A DNA stretch of 64,000 nt. Origin: an uncultured Marinosulfonomonas sp. (lineage in GTDB: Bacteria; Pseudomonadota; Alphaproteobacteria; Rhodobacterales; Rhodobacteraceae). Positions 1 to 8,828 of this stretch are shown piece after piece; the stretch's first letter is position 1; every line of letters starts with the position of its first letter. Location: assembly GCA_964473185.1 (NCBI GenBank), contig CAYYOF010000002.1:28635-92634 (forward strand), written 5' to 3'. The position numbers and the translations under genes were made by a program. The notes under the pieces were generated by a model, which did not search any database, had not been told where the DNA came from, and saw only the letters and a list, made by a program, of their open reading frames with translations.

Positions 1-53
1 TTCAGGGCGATTTGAAGTCTGGTCCAGCATGGGCTGCGTATAGGGCGCGTGCG

Positions 54-1892
54 TTAGGAGCGCAACACAAAGTGGTCTGGGCCAACTTCATCGTACATCG
101 ACGGGCCCGGATCGTAATCCAGCGGGAAAATCGGCGAGGGGATCGGCTTGAAGTTCAGATCGGATTCAATCTTGCGGTTGCGCGGGTCGGGCACGGGCAC
201 AGCCGACAGCAGGGTTTGGGTGTATTCGTGCTGTGGGTTTTCAAACACGGCGCCGCGCGGCCCGATTTCAACGATGCGGCCCAGATACATCACCGCCGTG
301 CGGTGACTGACCCGTTCAACAACCGCCATATCGTGGCTGATAAACAGGAATGAAATGCCCAGCTCGGCCTGCAATTCCATCATCAGGTTCAACACCTGCG
401 CCTGCACGGTCACATCCAGCGCCGAGACGGATTCATCGGCGATGATCAGTTTCGGGTTCAGCGCCAATGCGCGGGCAATGGCGACACGCTGGCGCTGACC
501 GCCGGACAGTTCATGCGGATAACGGCGCATGAAATCGCGTGGCAGATGCACACGGTCAAACAGGTTTGCGATGCGGTCATGCAACTCGTCGCCGCTGGCG
601 ATGTTATAGTTCAGCAACGGTTCGGCCACCTGATCGGACAGGCGCATCTGCGGGTTCAGCGATGCAAACGGATCCTGAAACACCATCTGCATATCGCGGC
701 GCGCATCGCGTAACGTGTTGTGATCCATCTGTAAAATGTCTTGGCCGTTCAACAGAACCTGACCTGATTGCGGCTCGTTCAGACGCAGGATTGAACGGCC
801 ACATGATGATTTACCACAGCCGCTTTCGCCCACCAGCGACAGGGTTTCGCCGACATTGATGTTAAAAGAAACATCCTCGACCGCATGCACATTGGCAATG
901 GTGCGCCGCATCAGACCGCCTTTGACGGGGAAGCGTTGCGTCAGGTTTTTCACCTCGAGCAGCACCTTGTCACTGGCGATAATCGGCTCGCCGTCGTGTT
1001 TGTTTTCCTGACCCAGAATGCGCATTGGTTCGGGGTATGATTTGCTGCGCATTTCGCCGAGTTTAGGCACGGCGGACAGCAGCGCCTTGGTGTAATCCTC
1101 TTGCGGGTTCTCGAAAATATCGGTGACAGAGCCTTCTTCGACCATATTGCCGCGATACATCACCACCACGCGGTCGGCCATTTGTGCCACTACCGCCATA
1201 TCGTGGGTGATGAACAAAACGGCGGTGCCGGTTTCACGTTTCAAGCGGTCAATCAGCGCCAGAATTTCGGCCTGAATGGTGACATCCAGCGCCGTCGTTG
1301 GCTCATCCGCGATCAGAACGCGCGGCTCGCAGGCCAGCGCCATGGCAATCACCACCCGTTGGCGCATGCCGCCGGATAGTTCATGCGGGTATTGTTTCAG
1401 GCGGCGTTCGGGTTCGGGGATGCGCACGCGGCGCATTAGTTCCAGCGCGTGCTCAGATGCCTGTTTTCTGGACATGTTTTTGTGGACGCGCAGACCTTCG
1501 GTCAATTGGCGTTCAATGGTAAAAACGGGGTTTAGCGACGTCATCGGTTCCTGAAAAATCATCCCGATTTCATTGCCGCGAATGGTGCGCATCAAATCCT
1601 TTTCGGCATGGGCCAGATCAATCGCGCCTTGCCCGTCGCCGTGGTCGCGCCGATCAAACATGATCCGCCCGCCGGTGATTGCGCCGCCACCAAATTCAAC
1701 CAGCCTGATCAACGACAGGGATGATACCGATTTGCCAGAGCCGGATTCGCCCACCACACACACGGTTTCGCCGGGGTTAATGCTGAACGAGATATCCTCG
1801 ACCCCGACAACAGGGCCGTCTTTGGTCGAAAATTCGACCCGCAGATTTTCGATTGAAACAAGCGGAGTGGATTTAGGAGGGGTATCAAGCAT
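54..1892 (-). CDS. Peptide/oligopeptide ABC transporter ATP-binding protein with two fused NBDs (GsiA/DppD-F type)
   Basis: Two Walker A motifs (GESGSGKS, GESGCGKS), two signatures (LSGGMRQR, LSGGQRQR) and oligopeptide C-terminal motifs (PQEDYT, PQHEYT). Confidence 0.92.
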   Translation of the reverse strand: MLDTPPKSTPLVSIENLRVEFSTKDGPVVGVEDISFSINPGETVCVVGESGSGKSVSSLSLIRLVEFGGGAITGGRIMFDRRDHGDGQGAIDLAHAEKDLMRTIRGNEIGMIFQEPMTSLNPVFTIERQLTEGLRVHKNMSRKQASEHALELMRRVRIPEPERRLKQYPHELSGGMRQRVVIAMALACEPRVLIADEPTTALDVTIQAEILALIDRLKRETGTAVLFITHDMAVVAQMADRVVVMYRGNMVEEGSVTDIFENPQEDYTKALLSAVPKLGEMRSKSYPEPMRILGQENKHDGEPIIASDKVLLEVKNLTQRFPVKGGLMRRTIANVHAVEDVSFNINVGETLSLVGESGCGKSSCGRSILRLNEPQSGQVLLNGQDILQMDHNTLRDARRDMQMVFQDPFASLNPQMRLSDQVAEPLLNYNIASGDELHDRIANLFDRVHLPRDFMRRYPHELSGGQRQRVAIARALALNPKLIIADESVSALDVTVQAQVLNLMMELQAELGISFLFISHDMAVVERVSHRTAVMYLGRIVEIGPRGAVFENPQHEYTQTLLSAVPVPDPRNRKIESDLNFKPIPSPIFPLDYDPGPSMYDEVGPDHFVLRS

Positions 1893-1986
1893 GTATGGCA
1901 GCCCGTGCGGTTATGGATCACACGACAGTAGCGTGGTTTGGGGGCGTGTCAAACAGGAAGCGGTGCAAGATGAATAGGTCCTGACC

Positions 1987-3036
1987 CTAGGTCGAGGAGG
2001 CGCGGCGCAGGCGTTCGGCCATATCCCCGTCAGTTTCATTGGACATACCGATTTCATAATCTTCATGGCCGCGTTTGCTGTGCAATGTATTGCCTTCGCG
2101 GATTTTCCCCGAAACATCAGCCGGAAGGGCGGGTGTTGTGGTTTCATTCAGCAACAGGGTTTCGGCGGCGATGCCTTCGGCGAAAATGATCTGGTGATCG
2201 TCAAACAGCAGTTGGAAATAATCGACAAATCCGCCACGCTGGCGGGTCACGGTGGTGCCGTTGACCAGATGTTTCGCCTTGACCAGAACCTCATTGCGCC
2301 CCGCCCCGACCTCGTCAACGCGTTGATAGATAAACAGGCGGTGGTTCGGGCTGACGATCAGGTCGTTTTCATTGTGCAATGTGCCTTTGGTGATCACAAT
2401 CGGGGCGAAATCCCCGACCGCACGCATGGTGGTGCGGCCAATCCAGCGCACAGTTTGCGGCCCGTCATCACGGCTTAGCACCTTGTCGCCAACCTTCAGC
2501 TTTTCAATCGGGCGCTGTTCGCCCTTGGCCATGGTAATACGGGTGCCACGGGTAAAACTGACACAGGCCATTTCGGCCATGCGGGCGCGGGCGGCGCTGC
2601 GGTTAATCCCGACAAGGCGATATGCACAAGCCGGATCAAGCGGCGCTAACGCCAGCATATATATGTCCTCGATTGCGCCCTCATTCGGATCGACTTCGAC
2701 CAGAACGACCGCATCAAAGGTGACGCCATCCGGTCCCATCAGGGTGATTGCGCAATCCAGATGCAGCGGGTTGCCGACCGTGCCTGTCTCGGTGCCCTTT
2801 GCGATGACAAAGGGGGCACCAAAAGGGGTATTGCCCGAATTATCGTCTGTTTGCGCAATGGTCAGGCGTATTTGCTGTGCGTTGTTGCCCAACGTGTATG
2901 TATCATCCAGCATCAGGTCGTCCGCAGCGGCAAGTGGGTCGCCAAAATTGGCGCCATCGGTCACACAAAACCCGTTCGCTGCGTAAACTGGCTGGGATTG
3001 AACCGGTGTTTCGGTTTTCTGGCTGGAATTTGGCAT
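1987..3036 (-). CDS. Hint-domain (Rhodobacterales BIL/Hint_2-type) protein
   Basis: SFTRGTRITM..EQRPIEKLKVGDKVLSRDDGPQTVRWIG, LIVSPNHRL and YFQLLFDDHQIIFAEGIAAET. ORF is open to 3117; ATG 3036 is a guessed start. Confidence 0.85.
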   Translation of the reverse strand: MPNSSQKTETPVQSQPVYAANGFCVTDGANFGDPLAAADDLMLDDTYTLGNNAQQIRLTIAQTDDNSGNTPFGAPFVIAKGTETGTVGNPLHLDCAITLMGPDGVTFDAVVLVEVDPNEGAIEDIYMLALAPLDPACAYRLVGINRSAARARMAEMACVSFTRGTRITMAKGEQRPIEKLKVGDKVLSRDDGPQTVRWIGRTTMRAVGDFAPIVITKGTLHNENDLIVSPNHRLFIYQRVDEVGAGRNEVLVKAKHLVNGTTVTRQRGGFVDYFQLLFDDHQIIFAEGIAAETLLLNETTTPALPADVSGKIREGNTLHSKRGHEDYEIGMSNETDGDMAERLRRASST

Positions 3037-3336
3037 TTGGCAACTCGCTATGTTCAATTGTGGCGCCGCAATCTCCGAACGATACTGTTCGTTCACACCT
3101 GCGGCCCCCACGACCATAGACAGATCATATAGATATTAACTGGCGATGATTACGTCAACAAATTTACAGATTATTGATTGAATTGTGGTGATTCTGGCCT
3201 GAACCGGAAACAATCCTGCCCTTGTTCATGTTGTTTGTTGCCGCAAACTGGTTAACTCGCGCATCGAACGTTTCGGTTTCGATTCGTCCCTGTTGGGACA
3301 AAACCGGCGTCGGGTATGGAATAAAGGAGACAGCAA

Positions 3337-4116
3337 ATGGATATGGGAATTTCGGGCAAACGGGCATTGGTGTGTGCGTCGTCCAAAGGGTTAGGGCGCG
3401 GTTGTGCCGAGGCATTGGCCGCCGAGGGGGTGAATCTGGTGCTGAACGCCCGCACCAAAGGCCCGCTTGAGGAAACTGCTGCGGCAATCCGTGCGGCGCA
3501 TGGGGTCAACGTGGTGACGGTGGCCGCCGATATTACATCGCCTGAAGGTCAGGCTGCGGTCCTGGCCGCGGCGGGAGATGTCGATATTCTGGTGAACAAC
3601 GCCGGTGGCCCACCCCCCGGTATCTGGTCCGATTGGGACCGCGAGGATTTCATCAAGGCGCTGGACGCCAATATGCTGACGCCGATCACGCTGATGAAGG
3701 CCTTGCTGCCCGCAATGATGGATCGCGGCTGGGGCCGGATCATCAACATCACCAGCAAATCGGTCAAGGCACCGATTGCGGTGCTGGGCCTGTCCAATTC
3801 CGCCCGTGCGGGTCTGACCGGATATGTTGCCGGCACATCGCGCCAAGTGGCCGGATCAGGTGTGACAATCAACAACCTGCAACCAGGCATGCACGCCACG
3901 GATCGCGGCCTGTCGCTGGCGCGTGGGAGGGCCGAAAAAGAAGGCATCACGTTTGACGAAGCGTTGAAAGAGGCCTCCGCCAGCATCCCCGTCGGACGCT
4001 ATGGCACGGTTGCGGAATTCGGGGCTGCCTGTGCCTTCTTGTGTTCGCAACATGCCGGGTTTATCGTCGGGCAAAACATTCTGCTGGATGGCGGCGAGGT
4101 GAACGCGATGATGTGA
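3337..4116 (+). CDS. SDR family oxidoreductase (atypical FabG-like subgroup)
   Basis: CASSKGLG Rossmann motif, DILVNNAGG, RYGTVAEFG..CAFLCS..AGFIVGQNILLDGG; SD AAGGAG upstream. Confidence 0.9.
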   Translation: MDMGISGKRALVCASSKGLGRGCAEALAAEGVNLVLNARTKGPLEETAAAIRAAHGVNVVTVAADITSPEGQAAVLAAAGDVDILVNNAGGPPPGIWSDWDREDFIKALDANMLTPITLMKALLPAMMDRGWGRIINITSKSVKAPIAVLGLSNSARAGLTGYVAGTSRQVAGSGVTINNLQPGMHATDRGLSLARGRAEKEGITFDEALKEASASIPVGRYGTVAEFGAACAFLCSQHAGFIVGQNILLDGGEVNAMM

Positions 4117-4140
4117 TCACATTTCAATTTTGTGTGATCT

Positions 4141-4172
4141 GGTGCGGGGGCGATTGTATGCGGCCCCGCACC
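4141..4172 (+). terminator. Stem-loop after the SDR gene
   Basis: GGTGCGGGG..CCCCGCACC inverted repeat followed by TTATT. Confidence 0.5.
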
Positions 4173-4210
4173 TTATTAGGTCTATATCGAACGTGATAAA
4201 GGACCAATAG

Positions 4211-5266
4211 ATGAACCATGAATCAGTGCAGGAATATTATGGCGAGACCCTGCAAACCAGCGCCGATCTGCAAACCAACGCCTGTTGCACGGCGGGCGAT
4301 ATTCCGGACCACCTAAAGGCGGTTCTGGGTAAAATCCACGACGAGGTTCTGGCGAAATATTACGGGTGCGGGCTGATTGCGCCCGATGCGTTGCGCGGCA
4401 TGCGCATTCTGGACCTTGGCAGCGGTTCGGGGCGCGATGTTTACGCGCTGGCGGGGCTGGTTGGTGCGGCGGGCCATGTGGTTGGCGTCGATATGACCGA
4501 GGCGCAGCTGGATGTGGCGCGGATGCATGAGGACTATCATGCGCGTGCGTTCGGATATACCAAACCCAACACCGAATTCCACAAGGGGCTGATTGAACAT
4601 CTGGATGATTTGCCACTAGAGGCGGGTAGTTTCGACATTATCGTGTCAAACTGTGTGCTGAATTTGGCGCTTGATAAAGGCGCGGTTCTGCGCGGCGCGC
4701 ACCGTTTGTTGAAACCGGGCGGCGAGATGTATTTCAGTGACGTTTATGCAGATCGGCGGATGCCCGAGGCTTTGGTCAAGGATGAGGTGCTGTATGGCGA
4801 ATGCCTGTCCGGCGCGCTCTATTGGAACGACTTTGAAAATATTGCCAAACGGGCAGGTTTTGGTGATCCCCGATTGGTTAACGACCGCGTTTTGACCATC
4901 GAAAACCCGCTGATCGAGGCCAAGGTTGGCAACATCGGCTTCACCTCGGCCACGTATCGTTTGTTCAAACTGGACGGGTTGGAGCCTGCTTGCGAGGATT
5001 ACGGCCAAGCGGTGATCTATAAGGGCACGATTGCCGAGGCACCGCAGACATTTATCTTGGACAAGCACCACGCGATCGAGGCGGGCAAGGTGTTTCCCGT
5101 CTGTGGTAACACCTACCGGATGCTGAACCAGAGCCGCTTTGCCCCGCATTTCGATTTTATCGGCAATTGGGACACGCATTTCGGGTTGTTTGGCGATTGC
5201 GGCGGCGAAACCCCGTTTGACGGACCTGCAAGTGGCGACGATAGCACCAGCGGCAGTTGCTGCTAG
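4211..5266 (+). CDS. arsM: Arsenite methyltransferase-like SAM-dependent methyltransferase (ArsM/AS3MT family)
   Basis: TNACCT, YYGCG, LDLGSGSGRD (SAM motif), VSNCV, LYGECLSGAL; Cys positions match the ArsM family. Confidence 0.7.
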   Translation: MNHESVQEYYGETLQTSADLQTNACCTAGDIPDHLKAVLGKIHDEVLAKYYGCGLIAPDALRGMRILDLGSGSGRDVYALAGLVGAAGHVVGVDMTEAQLDVARMHEDYHARAFGYTKPNTEFHKGLIEHLDDLPLEAGSFDIIVSNCVLNLALDKGAVLRGAHRLLKPGGEMYFSDVYADRRMPEALVKDEVLYGECLSGALYWNDFENIAKRAGFGDPRLVNDRVLTIENPLIEAKVGNIGFTSATYRLFKLDGLEPACEDYGQAVIYKGTIAEAPQTFILDKHHAIEAGKVFPVCGNTYRMLNQSRFAPHFDFIGNWDTHFGLFGDCGGETPFDGPASGDDSTSGSCC

Positions 5267-5365
5267 GGCCTTGCCTGCTGCTAGGGTCTTGTCGGGGCAG
5301 GCACCGCCTGCTACCACCGCCTTTAATCCCGATGGTTTTGATCGGGTTTGAAAGGGAAACGACCA

Positions 5366-6451
5366 GTGGCAGCGACGCATCCACGTCTTGAAATCAGGAA
5401 TATTACCCGCGCCTATGACGGGCGCGTGGTGGTGGATGATGTGTCGCTACAGGTTAGCAGCGGGCAGGTGACCTGCCTGCTGGGGCCGTCGGGTTGCGGT
5501 AAATCCACCACATTGCGCATCATTGCCGGCGTCGAAATGCAGAACAGCGGCGAGATTTATACCGATGGTGAACTGGTTTGTGACACAGTGTTCAGGGTGC
5601 CGCCCGAGGGGCGCTCAATCGGGCTGATGTTTCAGGATTTCGCGCTGTTTCCACATCTAAACGTGGCGCATAATGTCGGGTTTGGCCTGCCACGCAAAGA
5701 GGCGGGCAACGCGGCACGGGTGACTGAATTGCTGGAGCGGGTCGGCATGGCACACCACGCATCCGACTATCCGCATCAATTGTCTGGGGGCGAGCAACAG
5801 CGCGTCGCCTTGGCCCGCGCCTTGGCTCCGCGCCCGAAAATCATGCTGATGGACGAGCCGTTCTCGGGCCTTGATAACCGTTTGCGCGACGGCATCCGCG
5901 ATGAAACGCTGGACCTGTTGAAAGAAGAGGGTGCGGCGGTGCTGCTGGTCACGCACGAGCCGGACGAGGCGATGCGCATGGCCGATGAAATCGCCCTGAT
6001 GCGGGACGGAAAGATCGTGCAACAGGGGGCGCCCTATAACATTTACAACAGTCCGCGCGACAAACGGGCCGCTGATTTTTTCTCGGATATCAATGTGATA
6101 GAAGGTGTTGTTAAGGGTGCTCTGACCGAAACCCCCTTTGGTCAGTTCCTTGCCCCGGGCGTGGTTGACGGCACCCGCGTTGAAATCGTCAGCCGCCCGC
6201 AGCACATCAAAATCGACTTTGATCGCGGCGGCCGTGGCCCCAACCCAACGCTGCGTGACGGGGTGGCGGCACGGGCCAGCGTGGTACGGGCGCGGTTCAT
6301 GGGGCGCGAAAGTCTGGTTGAATTCAGGATGGACGCGGATGGATCAATCCTGAAGGCCACTGTGCCCTCGGTTTTCCTGCCCACCGTCGGAACCGTGATG
6401 TGGCTGACCCTGCCGCGCGACCGTTGCTTTGTGTTTCCGAAACTCGGCTAA
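5366..6451 (+). CDS. ABC transporter ATP-binding protein, Fe(III)/polyamine (FbpC/PotA-like) class
   Basis: GPSGCGKST, FQDFALFPHL, LSGGEQQR, MDEPFSGLD; GTG 5366 follows AAAGGG. Confidence 0.85.
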   Translation: MAATHPRLEIRNITRAYDGRVVVDDVSLQVSSGQVTCLLGPSGCGKSTTLRIIAGVEMQNSGEIYTDGELVCDTVFRVPPEGRSIGLMFQDFALFPHLNVAHNVGFGLPRKEAGNAARVTELLERVGMAHHASDYPHQLSGGEQQRVALARALAPRPKIMLMDEPFSGLDNRLRDGIRDETLDLLKEEGAAVLLVTHEPDEAMRMADEIALMRDGKIVQQGAPYNIYNSPRDKRAADFFSDINVIEGVVKGALTETPFGQFLAPGVVDGTRVEIVSRPQHIKIDFDRGGRGPNPTLRDGVAARASVVRARFMGRESLVEFRMDADGSILKATVPSVFLPTVGTVMWLTLPRDRCFVFPKLG

Positions 6452-6505
6452 CCAAAAGGAGCGCCTGATGGCGCACACTATGAGCGCCCTGAACGGGCGC
6501 GATTC

Positions 6506-6593
6506 CGCTCCGCTCGGGGGATATTTGAACAAAAGAGAAACGGGAAGATATCTTTTCCTTCTTCTTGCGCAAAAATACCTCCCGCGCGGAGCG
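6506..6593. repeat. REP-like element, two inverted copies
   Basis: CGCTCCGC..GGGGATATTT..AAAAGAGAAA and TTCTTCTT..AAATACCTCC..GCGGAGCG; same family as 13405, 24999 and 38932; preceded by GCGCC hairpins at 6461-6500. Confidence 0.7.
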
Positions 6594-6603
6594 CATAGAA
6601 ATT

Positions 6604-7281
6604 CTATTCCCCCAACTGATGCAGATAATCCGATAGCGTCTTACCCACATCATCGGCAAAATGCGATGGCAGCACCACCACATCCTGCATCCGGTCAACC
6701 CGAAACACCCTGAAATCCGCGCGCAATTCGCACCATGATGTCAAGGTCCAGACCCGCCCCCAGTATTCCAGCTGCAATGGGCGGATGATGCGCATAGACG
6801 TATCGTTCGCCCCGTTTTTATATTCGATCTGCACCTTGTGCTGTGTCCGGATCGCGCCCCGCAGGATTGGCATGTGTTTGAACCCTTTGGCCGCATCTTC
6901 AAACGGGTAAACCGCAAATCCCCAGCCCGAGGCGGGTGCCGCGCGGTTTTTGGGCAGCACCACGTCGATTTTGGCACTCAGCGATCTGGCGGCATCGGCC
7001 AGTTCCTTGTCGGCGGCTTTGGTGACGATATCCATGCCCAGATGAAATGCCTCAAGTTCGGCCATCGTCAGGTTCAGCGGTGGCAGGGTGATGGCGGCGG
7101 TCATCATATATCCCAGCCCCCGTTCGCCCTCGACTGGCACACCGGAGGCAATCAGCGTGTCCATGTCGCGGTAGATGGTGCGCACAGACACTTCCAGCCG
7201 CTCGGCCATGTCCTGCGCGCGGTGCAATCGCCCGTCGCGCAGGATCTGGATCATTTCAAACAGGCGGTCAGTGCGGCGCAT
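6604..7281 (-). CDS. YafY-family transcriptional regulator (wHTH + WYL + WCX)
   Basis: MRRTDRLFEMIQIL, EVSVRTIYRDMDTL..SGVPVEGERGLGY, IRPLQLEYWGRVWTLTSWCELRADFRVFRVDRM. Confidence 0.92.
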   Translation of the reverse strand: MRRTDRLFEMIQILRDGRLHRAQDMAERLEVSVRTIYRDMDTLIASGVPVEGERGLGYMMTAAITLPPLNLTMAELEAFHLGMDIVTKAADKELADAARSLSAKIDVVLPKNRAAPASGWGFAVYPFEDAAKGFKHMPILRGAIRTQHKVQIEYKNGANDTSMRIIRPLQLEYWGRVWTLTSWCELRADFRVFRVDRMQDVVVLPSHFADDVGKTLSDYLHQLGE

Positions 7282-7316
7282 GACGCAAACTCTCTGAGCT
7301 GCATGTTCGCGTCAAG

Positions 7317-7703
7317 TTATTGCTGCATCTGCCACTGCACGGCCTCGTGACGCATAACCACTGTTTCAAAATCGATCGCCTGCCCGAAGGGCGCGAATGC
7401 CGAATCATTCACCACGGTTTTGGCGGCGGCCTGTGCGTCAGCAAGGGTTTTCCAAAGGATATAGTCGGTCCAGACGCCATCCTCGCCCTTGCTTAGGGTG
7501 CGTGTGATAAAGCCCTTCGACGCCCGCACGATGGCATTGGTTGCTTTGGCATCACTCAGGAACTGGGCTTCATCCACACCCGCATTCAGACGAAAAGTGA
7601 CAATTTCCGCAACAGGCAGGATTGAATGCCCGCCGGCACGCGCGCTGTCGGCGGGGGCGAAGGGCAGGGCAATAAGGGCCAGAACAGGGAGAGAGAATCG
7701 CAT
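7317..7703 (-). CDS. Secreted dimeric alpha/beta-barrel (ABM-like) protein
   Basis: Signal peptide MRFSLPVLALIALPFAPADSARA; EIVTFRL...GFITRTLS...WTDYILWKTLADAQAAA pattern typical of ABM-like barrels; SD AAAGGA upstream. Confidence 0.6.
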   Translation of the reverse strand: MRFSLPVLALIALPFAPADSARAGGHSILPVAEIVTFRLNAGVDEAQFLSDAKATNAIVRASKGFITRTLSKGEDGVWTDYILWKTLADAQAAAKTVVNDSAFAPFGQAIDFETVVMRHEAVQWQMQQ

Positions 7704-7763
7704 GATATTTTCCTTTTGGTTGGTTGATGAATCGGTTGATTCGGGCCTTTTGATAACGCCCCT

Positions 7764-7787
7764 CAACTGACATGAATCTGTCAGTTG
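7764..7787. promoter_or_regulatory. Operator-like palindrome CAACTGACA-N6-TGTCAGTTG, candidate WYL regulator site
   Basis: Perfect 9-bp inverted arms about 60 bp upstream of the ABM-yafY unit. Confidence 0.65.
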
Positions 7788-7927
7788 ACAATCTGGCGGT
7801 GCAATTCATTTCAAAAAGCGCAGGAAAGATGTGCATTTGGCCTTTGAACTTGTGCGCAGAGGCAATACATACAGGTGGTGAATTTTATGCCCAGCGAGGT
7901 TGGGCATCCTGAATATGGGAGAGAACT

Positions 7928-8146
7928 ATGCTGAATAATATTGGTCTACCGGGCCTGCTGTTGATCGCCGTTGTTGTGCTGGTGCTGTTTGGGCGCGGCA
8001 AAATATCGTCCTTGATGGGCGAAGTGGGCAAGGGCATCACCTCGTTCAAGAAGGGCGTGAGTGAGGGCAAGGAAGAGCTGGAAGATACAGCCGAAGTCGC
8101 CAAAGACGTGACCCCTGAAGAAGAAAAAGTGAAAGACGACGCTTAA
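7928..8146 (+). CDS. tatA: Twin-arginine translocase subunit TatA
   Basis: [28 protein letters not shown]. Confidence 0.95.
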   Translation: MLNNIGLPGLLLIAVVVLVLFGRGKISSLMGEVGKGITSFKKGVSEGKEELEDTAEVAKDVTPEEEKVKDDA

Positions 8147-8186
8147 ACGCGCGTCTATCCTTTGAACCTGAACAGGCGGATTCCTT

Positions 8187-8828
8187 ATGTTTGACATCGG
8201 CTGGACCGAACTCATGGTCGTAGGCATCGTGGCGTTGATCGTCGTGGGGCCCAAAGACTTGCCCGGGATGTTTCGCACCCTTGGCCGCTTCACCGGCAAA
8301 GCCAAGGGCATGGCACGCGATTTCCAGTCGGCAATGAACGAAGCGGCGGATCAGGCGGGCGTCAAGGATGTGGCGGATGGCCTAAAGGCGGCGACGTCAA
8401 AAAAGAGCCTTGGGCTGGATACGCTGGACGATGTGGCCAGTCAGTTTGAAAACTGGGACCCGATGACACCGGAATCCAAGAAAAAAGCCGCCGAAACCAA
8501 GGCGGCGGATAAGGCGAAAAAGGCGGCATCCGTGACCGAGCGCACCGAGGCGGCCAAGAAAATGCACGCGGCGACGGCGAAAAAGGCGGCTGCGGCCAAG
8601 ACTGCGGCGGCAAAACCTGCCAAGCCTGCGGCAAAGAAAGCTGCGGCGAAACCAGCCGCCAAAAAAGCAGCCGCAAAACCGGCGGCAAAGAAAGCGGCAC
8701 CCAAGCCAAAGGCAAAGGCGGCAGCTAAACCCGCAGCGAAACCCAAAGCCGCCGCCAAGCCACGAGCGACCAAACCCAAACCCAAACCAAAACCAAAACC
8801 AAAACCCAAAACAGGCGCTAAAACATGA
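8187..8828 (+). CDS. tatB: Twin-arginine translocase subunit TatB with long Lys/Ala/Pro tail
   Basis: MFDIGWTELMVVGIVALIVVGPKDLP. Confidence 0.95.
   Translation: MFDIGWTELMVVGIVALIVVGPKDLPGMFRTLGRFTGKAKGMARDFQSAMNEAADQAGVKDVADGLKAATSKKSLGLDTLDDVASQFENWDPMTPESKKKAAETKAADKAKKAASVTERTEAAKKMHAATAKKAAAAKTAAAKPAKPAAKKAAAKPAAKKAAAKPAAKKAAPKPKAKAAAKPAAKPKAAAKPRATKPKPKPKPKPKPKTGAKT
8772..8810 (+). repeat. 6-bp microsatellite AAACC(C/A) encoding KP repeats in tatB
   Basis: aaacccaaacccaaaccaaaaccaaaaccaaaacccaaa. Confidence 0.8.

Noticed and set aside
4112-4139. CRP/FNR-like site TGTGATCACATTTCAA upstream of arsM
   Set aside because: Mixed half-sites that overlap the SDR stop codon and lie upstream of a terminator-like hairpin; too weak
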